A DNA stretch of 24,000 bases from Bacillota bacterium (GCA_023430975.1 JAEYYB010000036.1:158075-182074); one strand, 5' to 3'. Counted from the first letter of the stretch, positions 8,081 through 15,552 are shown. Numbers and translations: made by a program. The notes: generated by a model from the letters alone, not told the origin.

Positions 8081-8629
8081 ATGGCGACAAAAAATAAAAC
8101 CAGATATGCAATCCTTGGCGTTATAAGCATGAAGCCTTGCTCAGGGTATGATATTAAAAAGTTTTGTGACAAGACAATTTCCCACTTCTGGAATGAGAAC
8201 TTCGGACATATTTATCCGGTGTTAAGCCAGCTTGAAAAAGAAGATCTTATAATTATGAGTAACAGTAGCGAAGGAAGCAAGAGAAAGATATATGAAATTA
8301 CCGATAAAGGCAGAAAGGAATTCTGTGAGTGGCTGATGCAGCCATTTGAGCCCCAGCCGCCTCGTTCAGAGATGCTGTTGAAGCTGTCCTTCGGCAACTA
8401 TATTCCTAAGGAAAATGTTATTGAGATGGTGAAAGAAGTTAAAAATATTCACGAATCCAGGCTGAAGGAGTATAAGCAAATGGAGGATTCCTTTATAAAT
8501 GATGAGAATGCAAAAAAACATCCTCAGTATGCGTACTGGCTGGCACCGCTGCGTTATGGAATTATTGCATCAGAGGCTGCACTTACGTGGTGTGAAGAGA
8601 CTATAGTGAATATTATAAGGCATGACTAA
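8081..8629 (+). CDS. PadR family transcriptional regulator (long form with C-terminal helical domain)
   Basis: 182 aa. The winged-helix region 'RYAILGVISMKPCSGYDIKK...FGHIYPVLSQLEKEDLI...KRKIYEITDKGRKEF' is characteristic of PadR. GGAGG lies 7 nt before the ATG. Confidence 0.85.
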   Translation: MATKNKTRYAILGVISMKPCSGYDIKKFCDKTISHFWNENFGHIYPVLSQLEKEDLIIMSNSSEGSKRKIYEITDKGRKEFCEWLMQPFEPQPPRSEMLLKLSFGNYIPKENVIEMVKEVKNIHESRLKEYKQMEDSFINDENAKKHPQYAYWLAPLRYGIIASEAALTWCEETIVNIIRHD

Positions 8630-8653
8630 GTAATGCCTTATAAATAAATTCGT

Positions 8654-8705
8654 ATTCTCAAGGACAAAATCCCGAAGATTTAACGGGGTTTTGGACGATG
8701 AGAAT
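8654..8705 (+). promoter_or_regulatory. Intercistronic RNA stem-loop (weak terminator or attenuator candidate)
   Basis: The inner helix AAAAUCCCG/CGGGGUUUU has 9 bp including one G-U pair, followed by UUUUGG. The outer 7-bp helix pairs ATTCTCA (8654..8660) with TGAGAAT (8699..8705). Confidence 0.3.
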
Positions 8706-8754
8706 CGGATATTATTTCTTAGCCATTACTAAATCACTAATTATGGAGGTCAAT

Positions 8755-9930
8755 ATGGCAAAAGTGCTTTTTATAAATGGAAATGTCCATGGTCATATAA
8801 ATCCCACCCTGCCGGTGGTTAAAGAATTAGTAAACAATGGTGAGGAGGTTTGCTATTTTTCAACAGTTGAGTTTAAGCAGAAGGTTGAGGCTACAGGAGC
8901 TCACTTTGTAGATTATGGAAGCAGGATGTACGAGTTTTTTCAGAAATTTAAACCCAGTGGAAATCACCCTTTTTATACATTGATAGAGTTTATGTTGGAA
9001 ATGGATAGGATAGCTGTGCCTATTGTAATTGAAAAGACCAGTGGTGAAGTTTTTGACTACATAATACATGATTCAATGTTTGGAGGAGGAAGTGTATTAT
9101 CAAAATTGCTGAATATTCCTGCAATTTGTTCCTGCACTTCCTTTGCAATGAACAGGCTTCCGCTGCCGTCCCATATGCTTCAGCCAGGTTTCAATTCTCA
9201 ATTGGATAACATATACACAAAACTGAAAGATACAGCTACTGACTGGGGTGTTGAACTTGACATAATGGATATCTTCTTCAAAAAGGAGAGTCTTAATATT
9301 GTTTATACATCAAAAATGTTTCAGCTCGAATCGGAAACCTTTGATGACAGCTTCAGGTTTGTTGGCCCATCTATGGCAGAAAGGGAAGAGAAGCTGGATT
9401 TCAGAATTGATGATTTGGGAAATAAGCCTCTTATTTACATATCCATGGGTACAATAATTAATCAGTGTGTGGATTTTTATAAAATGGCTCTTGAAGCCTT
9501 TAAGAATGAAAACTGCATGGTAATTATGTCGGTAGGAAATAAAACTGATATAGGTTTGTTAGGTGAGATACCGGATAACTTTATAGTAAGAAATCATGTA
9601 CCTCAGTTGGAGGTTTTAAAAAGTGCTGATGTAATTATTTGTCATGGAGGACTTAACAGTGTAAACGAGGCATTATATTATGGTGTGCCAGTCATATCAA
9701 TACCGCAGGTTAATGATCAGTATATGGTCAGCAGGCAATTGGTAAAGCTTGGGGCTGGATTGGAACTCAAGATGGAAGAAATCACAGATGAGGTTTTGAG
9801 GAATTCAGTTAAGACTGTTCTGTCGGATACAAGCTACAAAGCAAGCAGTACTGAGATAGGCAGATCATTCGTAGAGGCAGGAGGTTATAAGGCAGCAGCA
9901 AAACTTATAATGGATTTTATTAAGGTATGA
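8755..9930 (+). CDS. MGT-family UDP-glycosyltransferase (macrolide/aromatic-aglycone glycosyltransferase family, GT1)
   Basis: N-terminus 'MAKVLFINGNVHGHINPTLPVVKELV'. C-terminal UDP-sugar signature 'HGGLNSVNEALYYGVPVISIPQVNDQ'. ATG at 8755 lies 6 nt after GGAGG. The track start at 8698 adds an unsupported 19-aa extension. Confidence 0.85.
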   Translation: MAKVLFINGNVHGHINPTLPVVKELVNNGEEVCYFSTVEFKQKVEATGAHFVDYGSRMYEFFQKFKPSGNHPFYTLIEFMLEMDRIAVPIVIEKTSGEVFDYIIHDSMFGGGSVLSKLLNIPAICSCTSFAMNRLPLPSHMLQPGFNSQLDNIYTKLKDTATDWGVELDIMDIFFKKESLNIVYTSKMFQLESETFDDSFRFVGPSMAEREEKLDFRIDDLGNKPLIYISMGTIINQCVDFYKMALEAFKNENCMVIMSVGNKTDIGLLGEIPDNFIVRNHVPQLEVLKSADVIICHGGLNSVNEALYYGVPVISIPQVNDQYMVSRQLVKLGAGLELKMEEITDEVLRNSVKTVLSDTSYKASSTEIGRSFVEAGGYKAAAKLIMDFIKV

Positions 9931-9960
9931 TTAAAAAATTACTTACATAAGCACTCTAAA

Positions 9961-10386
9961 ATGTTTTTGACTTTTTGGTTTGGCGTTTTTGAAAGAGTCG
10001 AGGATGGAATGCTTGAGACCTCCAGGGTTGTTTTTGGTGCAGAGCCAAAGGACTACGAGGTTTATTTCTATTTGCTTAAAAACTACTCAAAACTGGCTTT
10101 TAGCAGGCCTATTGAGGCTGATTGCAGAGATGAAAAGAAGATCAATCCCAAAAGGCTTCATCGCATTGTTAAGAAGGAAATGGCAAAGACCGGTGTGGGT
10201 ACAAAGGCCCAACAGGCGATGAAATTGGAACATGAACTTAAAAAAGTGGAAAGAAAACAGATTTCTAAAGAAGAAAGGGAAGAAAGAAAACAGATTAAGT
10301 TTGAAATGAAACAGGAAAAAAACAAAGAGAAAAAAAGGGACATTAACCACTTTTGTCTAGATAAAGGAGCGGATTTAAATGGATAG
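9961..10386 (+). CDS. YjdF / DUF2992 family protein, possibly altered at both ends
   Basis: 'RVVFGAEPKDYEVY..LKNY..L.FS', 'KKINPKRLHR' and a K/E-rich tail match my recollection of B. subtilis YjdF-like proteins. There is no SD before the ATG at 9961. The N-terminus appears about 5 aa shorter than the family norm. The C-terminus runs through an A7 tract into the next gene. Confidence 0.55.
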   Translation: MFLTFWFGVFERVEDGMLETSRVVFGAEPKDYEVYFYLLKNYSKLAFSRPIEADCRDEKKINPKRLHRIVKKEMAKTGVGTKAQQAMKLEHELKKVERKQISKEEREERKQIKFEMKQEKNKEKKRDINHFCLDKGADLNG

Positions 10387-10714
10387 TCAAAGCTTGGATC
10401 TCAATTTGGACTTTGATCAAATTAAGGATCATAATGGGTATAAGGATATGTGGGAAAGACTGGGCAGGGTTGAAATACGTATGGTTGAAAAGTACGAAGA
10501 GTGCAAGCATTGTCTGGGTGATAGCTTTATTTATGAAAATCCCTATAAAAAGCCTGAAGGCGTTTGTACTGCACTTTTGCACGTGCTTGATCTGTATATC
10601 TGGAGGGTAACATTTGGATTCCCGTCATGGAACGGCGAGGACAGAAGGGTTTTTAAGCTGCACTGTCCAGACCCAAAGGGAACGGTTTGGGAAATGAAAA
10701 AGATTAAAGATTAA
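10379..10714 (+). CDS. TIGR04076 family protein (small Cys-containing protein of unknown function)
   Basis: 'ECKHCLGDSF...PEGVCTALLHVL...FGFPSW...KLHCPDPKGTVWEM' matches the remembered family pattern. AAGGAG lies 9 nt before the ATG at 10379. An N-terminal extension of about 30 aa relative to typical members is possible. Confidence 0.6.
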   Translation: MDSQSLDLNLDFDQIKDHNGYKDMWERLGRVEIRMVEKYEECKHCLGDSFIYENPYKKPEGVCTALLHVLDLYIWRVTFGFPSWNGEDRRVFKLHCPDPKGTVWEMKKIKD

Positions 10715-10735
10715 CAATTGGGATTGGAAATTGTG

Positions 10736-10780
10736 GGGTGTCGGGTTTAAGTAGTATTAATACCGACACCCTTAATTATT
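10736..10780 (+). terminator. Rho-independent terminator after the TIGR04076 gene
   Basis: GGGTGTCGG (10736..10744) pairs perfectly with CCGACACCC (10763..10771). There is an additional TTAA/TTAA inner helix. A T-rich TTAATTATT tail follows. Confidence 0.55.
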
Positions 10781-10794
10781 ATTAAAATAAGTGT

Positions 10795-10821
10795 TAAAAA
10801 TAATAACATTATATACGATAA
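10795..10821 (+). promoter_or_regulatory. Candidate sigma-D/FliA (sigma-28) promoter for cheW-mcp-cheR
   Basis: TAAA (10795..10798), 15-nt spacer, TACGATAA (10814..10821). The remembered consensus is TAAA-N15-GCCGATAT, and the CGATA core is conserved. The site is 68 nt upstream of the cheW ATG. Confidence 0.4.
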
Positions 10822-10889
10822 ACTATTGTAAACTTATTCAGAAATGGGAAAGTTATTTAAACTATCATGCCTATGAAAGGAGTATTTAA

Positions 10890-11387
10890 ATGGCACAAGT
10901 ATTGGAAGAAGCTTTGGAAGTTGGTGAAGATACTCAGAAGGATAAGTATCTGACATTTGCACTTGGTAAGGAAGAGTATGGAATAGAAATAAGTTATGTA
11001 ACTGAAATTATCGGATTGCAAGCAATTACAGAGGTGCCTGAGTTTTCAGGTTATTTAAAAGGGATTATCAATCTCAGGGGAAAGATTATCCCGGTCATTG
11101 ATGTAAGACTCAGGTTTAATAAGGAGACAAAGGAGTATAATGACAGGACTTGCACAATAGTGATTGAAGTAAACAGTATTTCAGTAGGGCTAATAGTAGA
11201 CAATGTAGCAGAGGTCTTGTCAATCACTGAAGAAAACATTGTTCCACCTCCAAGTGTATCAAATGAGCAAAATAAATATATAAAAGGTATAGGTAAAGTC
11301 GAAAGCAATGTAAAGCTTATACTGGATTGTGATATGCTATTGGGTGATTTTAAAATGCCGGAACTAAACAATGTTGAATCATTTTAG
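10890..11387 (+). CDS. cheW: Chemotaxis coupling protein CheW
   Basis: 165 aa. 'KYLTFALGKEEYGIEISYVTEII' and 'GIINLRGKIIPVIDVRLRF' are classic CheW-domain motifs. AAGGAG lies upstream of the ATG. Confidence 0.9.
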   Translation: MAQVLEEALEVGEDTQKDKYLTFALGKEEYGIEISYVTEIIGLQAITEVPEFSGYLKGIINLRGKIIPVIDVRLRFNKETKEYNDRTCTIVIEVNSISVGLIVDNVAEVLSITEENIVPPPSVSNEQNKYIKGIGKVESNVKLILDCDMLLGDFKMPELNNVESF

Positions 11388-11424
11388 TTGATTAAAACAC
11401 AAAAATTAAGGAGGAATAACAAAC

Positions 11425-13278
11425 ATGCAATGGTTCTATAACTTAAAAATTTCTTTAAAGCTGGTAATAGGATTTGTTATTGTTGCAATAATTGCTGGTG
11501 TTGTTGGAGTAACAGGTATTATTAATATCAAGTCAATTGATGAGGACAATTCTTTGATGTATAAGGAAAATACTGTACCACTTGGCTATCTGGAAAAAGC
11601 GGCTGTTCAATTCCAAAGGTTAAGGGTTAACCTTATGCTTTTAATAGCTTATGATAGTGGATTTGATACATATGTAGAAAAGATAGAAAATTATGATAAG
11701 GAGGTTGAGAATAATCTAAATGAGTATAAAAAACTTTTATCTTCTGATTATGAGCAAAAGGAATTCGATAATGTAGAAACTCTTATGGTAAAGTACAGAA
11801 GTCTTCGTACTGAATGTATTAATTTAGCATTAGCGAATAGAGATAATGAAGCATTGAAAATGACAGAAGGAGAATTTGGAGAATTGTCCACAAAAATTGA
11901 CGATTCAATAACCAAGCTATACGACATAAACCTTGAACAGGCTTCTACTAGAACTAGTCAAAATACAGCGGCCGCCAATCAAGCGGTTTTAATGATGATC
12001 ATATTTGTTGGAGGCGGAATGGCACTGGCTGTAGTACTTGGACTGTTTATAGCACGCATTATAAGCAATCCTGTGAAAAAGATGGTTGAAGCAGCTGAGA
12101 AGCTTGCACTTGGTGATGTAAATGTTAATGTTGAGGCGGTTTCGAAGGACGAAATCGGCGACCTTATGCAATCTTTTGGCAAAATGGTGGAAAATATCCG
12201 TGAGCAAGCCCTTGCAGCAGAGAAAATTGCTGCAGGCGACTTAACGGCAAAGGTTAAGGTTAAATCGGAAAATGATCTGCTTGGTAAAAAACTCAGTGAA
12301 ATGATAGAAACAAACAATGAAATACTTTCCAATATCAGTTCAGCATCAGATCAAGTTGCTGCAGGAGCAAGGCAGGTATCTGCTTCCAGTCAGATGCTGT
12401 CCCAGGGATCTACGGAACAAGCGAGTTCTATAGAAGAAATAACTTCTTCCATGACTCAGGTTGCATCACAAACCAAACAAAATGCAGCTAATGCCAATCA
12501 GGCAAACCAACTTGCATTAAATGCAAAAGAAAATGCGGTGCAGGGAAACAGCCAGATGCAAGGGATGGTTAGGGCCATGGCAGAAATCAACGATTCATCG
12601 GCCAATATATCCAAAATAATTAAAGTTATCGATGAGATAGCATTTCAGACCAATATACTTGCATTAAATGCTGCTGTTGAAGCGGCAAGGGCAGGGCAGC
12701 ACGGCAAAGGGTTTGCTGTGGTAGCTGAGGAAGTGAGAAATCTTGCAGCAAGAAGTGCAAATGCTGCAAAAGAAACTACTGAGATGATAGAAAATTCAAT
12801 CAAGAAAGTTGAAACAGGAACACAAATTGCAAATAATACTGCAGAGGCATTAAATAAGATTGTTGAAGGAGTTACTACAGCTGCTGAACTTGTTGGAGAT
12901 ATTGCAGCAGCATCAAATGAACAGGCATCAGGCATTGCACAGATTAACCAGGCTATAGCACAGGTGGCACAGGTTGTTCAGACCAACTCTGCAACAGCTG
13001 AAGAAAGTGCATCTGCAAGTGAAGAGCTATCAAGCCAGGCAGAACTTCTAAAAGGTTCAGTCAGCAGATTCCGCCTTAGCAAGGTTAAGTCCAATTCAGG
13101 TTTTGATGGAGGATTAAACTCCGAGATGGTTCGTATGATTGAAAACATTGTGGAAAAGAAGAAGATGAACGGCCATTCTGATCAATTAAGCAGTGTTTCT
13201 GCCGGAGATAACCGTTCAAAGGAAATACTCCCAAAAACTAAAATATCTTTAGACGACAATAACTTTGGGAAGTATTGA
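11425..13278 (+). CDS. Methyl-accepting chemotaxis protein (2 TM, four-helix-bundle-type sensor, HAMP, MA domain)
   Basis: 617 aa. TM1 is around aa 12-34 and TM2 around aa 187-212. HAMP region '[17 protein letters not shown]...[17 protein letters not shown]'. Signalling hairpin '[41 protein letters not shown]'. AAGGAGG SD. Confidence 0.9.
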   Translation: MQWFYNLKISLKLVIGFVIVAIIAGVVGVTGIINIKSIDEDNSLMYKENTVPLGYLEKAAVQFQRLRVNLMLLIAYDSGFDTYVEKIENYDKEVENNLNEYKKLLSSDYEQKEFDNVETLMVKYRSLRTECINLALANRDNEALKMTEGEFGELSTKIDDSITKLYDINLEQASTRTSQNTAAANQAVLMMIIFVGGGMALAVVLGLFIARIISNPVKKMVEAAEKLALGDVNVNVEAVSKDEIGDLMQSFGKMVENIREQALAAEKIAAGDLTAKVKVKSENDLLGKKLSEMIETNNEILSNISSASDQVAAGARQVSASSQMLSQGSTEQASSIEEITSSMTQVASQTKQNAANANQANQLALNAKENAVQGNSQMQGMVRAMAEINDSSANISKIIKVIDEIAFQTNILALNAAVEAARAGQHGKGFAVVAEEVRNLAARSANAAKETTEMIENSIKKVETGTQIANNTAEALNKIVEGVTTAAELVGDIAAASNEQASGIAQINQAIAQVAQVVQTNSATAEESASASEELSSQAELLKGSVSRFRLSKVKSNSGFDGGLNSEMVRMIENIVEKKKMNGHSDQLSSVSAGDNRSKEILPKTKISLDDNNFGKY

Positions 13279-13316
13279 TCTATGCCTAAGTATTGATTGG
13301 CCAAATATATAAAATT

Positions 13317-13348
13317 TGTTGGATAAGAGGAGTGCCTCTTATCCAACA
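13317..13348 (+). promoter_or_regulatory. Perfect 14-bp stem-loop between mcp and cheR, with no U-tract
   Basis: TGTTGGATAAGAGG (13317..13330), AGTG loop, CCTCTTATCCAACA (13335..13348). It is followed by ATCAATTGG rather than a T-run. Confidence 0.5.
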
Positions 13349-13365
13349 ATCAATTGGTGAAAAAT

Positions 13366-14181
13366 ATGATGCCTATAACAGAAAAAGAATTTAGCCAGAT
13401 GGTGAATTTAATTAAAACAAAATATGGGGTTAATCTTTCTAACAAAAAAGCATTAGTTATTGGAAGACTGCAGAATTATGCGGAGCAAAGCGGCTTTAAA
13501 AGCTTCTCTGAATACTTGGAATTTGTGCTGTCTGACAAAACCGGAAGTGCACTAACTACCTTGATAAACAAGTTAACAACAAATCATACTTATTTTATGA
13601 GGGAGCCGGAGCATTTTAACTTTTTCCGAGATACAATACTCCCATATCTGGAGACATCAAAATCTGCAAAAAAAGATTTGCGTATATGGAGTGCCGGGTG
13701 TTCAAGCGGCGAAGAGCCATATACAATTGCTATGATTATAGATGAGTATTTTGGGAACGAAAAAGACTTATGGGATACAACAATACTGGCAACAGATATA
13801 TCAACAAAGGTGCTCGAAGCAGCTTGTAATGGCATTTATTTAAATGATGGGATTGGAGCACTGCCTCAAAAATGGAAAAAGGATTATTTTGTAAAGGCTA
13901 ATGAAGAAACTAGTATTATTGCGGATAAGCTTAAGAAAGAAGTTGTTTTCAAAAAGTTTAATCTTATGCAGGAGATTTTTCCTTTCAAGAGCAAATTTCA
14001 TGTTATATTTTGCAGGAATGTAATGATTTACTTTGATCTGCATACAAGGATTGATCTTGTAAATAAGTTTTATGATTTTTTGGAGCCTGGAGGCTACCTG
14101 TTTATAGGCCATTCAGAGTCGTTGATCCGTGAAGAAACAAAATTTAAATATATTTTACCTGCTGTTTACAGAAAGGGGTAG
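13366..14181 (+). CDS. cheR: Chemotaxis protein methyltransferase CheR
   Basis: 'MMPITEKEF...', SAM-binding motif 'IWSAGCSSGEEPYTIAM', and 'IFCRNVMIYFD'. ATG at 13366 lies 5 nt after GGTGA. The TTG at 13354 from the track is less likely. Confidence 0.9.
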   Translation: MMPITEKEFSQMVNLIKTKYGVNLSNKKALVIGRLQNYAEQSGFKSFSEYLEFVLSDKTGSALTTLINKLTTNHTYFMREPEHFNFFRDTILPYLETSKSAKKDLRIWSAGCSSGEEPYTIAMIIDEYFGNEKDLWDTTILATDISTKVLEAACNGIYLNDGIGALPQKWKKDYFVKANEETSIIADKLKKEVVFKKFNLMQEIFPFKSKFHVIFCRNVMIYFDLHTRIDLVNKFYDFLEPGGYLFIGHSESLIREETKFKYILPAVYRKG

Positions 14182-14184
14182 ATG

Positions 14185-14216
14185 AAAAAGCGATAGATGT
14201 TATTCTACCGCTTTTA
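14185..14216. terminator. Terminator hairpin in the convergent cheR / khtU gap
   Basis: AAAAGCGATAG (14186..14196) pairs with CTACCGCTTTT (14205..14215). There is one A-C mismatch on the plus strand, which becomes a G-U pair on the minus strand. T-runs follow on both strands. Confidence 0.5.
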
Positions 14217-14343
14217 TATCATGGCTCAAATATAACTTCTAATTAAAATGGCACCTTTTATAAAACACTGATGTGTAATAATTAAAAGATAGGTTTTACA
14301 TAATAAAAACATTATGAATAATAAAGGCTTTAGGCAAGAACAT

Positions 14344-15552
14344 TTATTTATTTTCCTTACCAGACCGTATCCTTACATATATTGTGTTAACAAAATGATA
14401 AATTGTTTTTGATTCCTTTGTCAGTATCGGACCAATAATTGCTAAAAGCAAAACATATATAACAGCAAAGGATTGAATGACAGGCAGCAAGCCTCCTACC
14501 TTTCCCATATTAGCCATGATAATTGAAAATTCACCTCTTGCAGAAAGCGTAAACCCAATATTTACAGATGACTTTTTAGAGATGCCGGAAGAACGTCCGG
14601 CAAAAAATCCCGAAAGAACGTTGCCAATAACTGTAAGTGCAGCAGCAATAACAGCCATCCATAAACCTCCACCCAGAGACAACGGATCTATTGTTAACCC
14701 AAAGCTGAAGAAGAACAGTGCTCCAAAAAAATCTCTGAAAGGAAGAACATAGTGTTCAATTTTCTTTACATGCACCGACTCTGCCATAACCAGACCTACC
14801 AGAAGGGCTCCAATGGCTTCAGCTACATGCAGCGTTTCGGAAAAACCCGAAACCAGAAAAAGCACTCCCATTACTACAAGCAGAAATAACTCAGCAGACT
14901 GTATATCCAGCAATTTATCTATGTATTTCATAGCTCTTTTTCCTATTAAAAGAATTCCAAAAATAAATGCAAGAGCTATCATCGCGGTAGAAAGTACGCC
15001 CAGAACAGACTTGGAACCGCTAAGCAGCAATCCAGACAGTACTGAAATATGTATGGCAATAAATAAATCGTCAAACATTATCATACCCATAATAACTTCG
15101 GTTTCGGGATTTGCAGTACGTTTTAAGTCTATAAGTACTTTCGCAACAATTGCAGTGGAAGAACTGGTCATAATACCGCAAACCACCATTATCTCTTTAA
15201 ATGGGAGCCCCATCATGTAGCCTAACAGCAAACCTGAGGAAAAATTAATTATGATATAAAAAGAGCCCCCTATAATAATGGATTTACCCGATTTTATGAG
15301 ACGTGTTACCGAAAACTCCAGCCCTAAATAAAATAATAAAAATAGTACTCCCAGCCGCCCCATAAAATTAATAAATGTTGAGCTTTCAATAAAGCGAAAA
15401 TCTATCACTCCAAAATTTGGTGCATGAGGCCCTACCGCCATGCCTATAAGTATATAAAACGGAATAACCGAAAATTTAAGTTTGTTTGATATAAACCCTA
15501 CCAAAGCAATCAAAGCGATTGCTAGACCTATTTCAAAAATAAGTGTATCCAT
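14344..15552 (-). CDS. khtU: CPA2-family K+/H+ antiporter membrane subunit (KhtU/YhaU-like)
   Basis: About 402 aa and polytopic. 'MDTLIFEIGLAIALIALVGFISNKLKFSVIPFYILIGMAVGPHAP' closely parallels my recollection of the B. subtilis KhtU N-terminus. ATG at 15552 lies 6 nt after AAGGAGG. The track start at 15624 overlaps khtT. Confidence 0.85.
   Translation of the reverse strand: MDTLIFEIGLAIALIALVGFISNKLKFSVIPFYILIGMAVGPHAPNFGVIDFRFIESSTFINFMGRLGVLFLLFYLGLEFSVTRLIKSGKSIIIGGSFYIIINFSSGLLLGYMMGLPFKEIMVVCGIMTSSSTAIVAKVLIDLKRTANPETEVIMGMIMFDDLFIAIHISVLSGLLLSGSKSVLGVLSTAMIALAFIFGILLIGKRAMKYIDKLLDIQSAELFLLVVMGVLFLVSGFSETLHVAEAIGALLVGLVMAESVHVKKIEHYVLPFRDFFGALFFFSFGLTIDPLSLGGGLWMAVIAAALTVIGNVLSGFFAGRSSGISKKSSVNIGFTLSARGEFSIIMANMGKVGGLLPVIQSFAVIYVLLLAIIGPILTKESKTIYHFVNTIYVRIRSGKENK

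Noticed and set aside
736-9069. Short track ORFs antisense to or nested in the left-hand genes: 736..960, 1698..1907, 2166..2390, 2799..3014, 4008..4202, 5562..5753, 6148..6363, 7735..7926, 8212..8397, 8860..9069.
   Set aside because: Each lies inside, or mostly inside, a motif-supported gene on the opposite strand. None has a Shine-Dalgarno sequence. They translate to low-complexity S/I/L/F-rich peptides typical of shadow frames in AT-rich DNA.
9931-9960. yjdF (azaaromatic) riboswitch in front of the YjdF-like gene.
   Set aside because: Only 30 nt separate the glycosyltransferase stop from the ATG, which is far too short for the riboswitch of about 100 nt.
9980-10610. ORFs 9980..10222 (+), 10087..10350 (-), 10158..10343 (-), 10343..10582 (-) and 10413..10610 (+).
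   Set aside because: They are alternative frames or antisense frames of the K/E-rich (AAG/GAA repeat) tail of the YjdF-like gene and of the TIGR04076 gene. The purine-rich repeat keeps several frames open by composition alone.
11051-14112. Antisense ORFs in cheW, mcp and cheR: 11051..11371, 11979..12332, 11989..12207, 12645..12935, 13590..13835, 13840..14112.
   Set aside because: The Ala/Ser/Gln-rich MCP coiled coil leaves the complementary frames open. The sense-strand products carry unambiguous CheW, MCP and CheR motifs.
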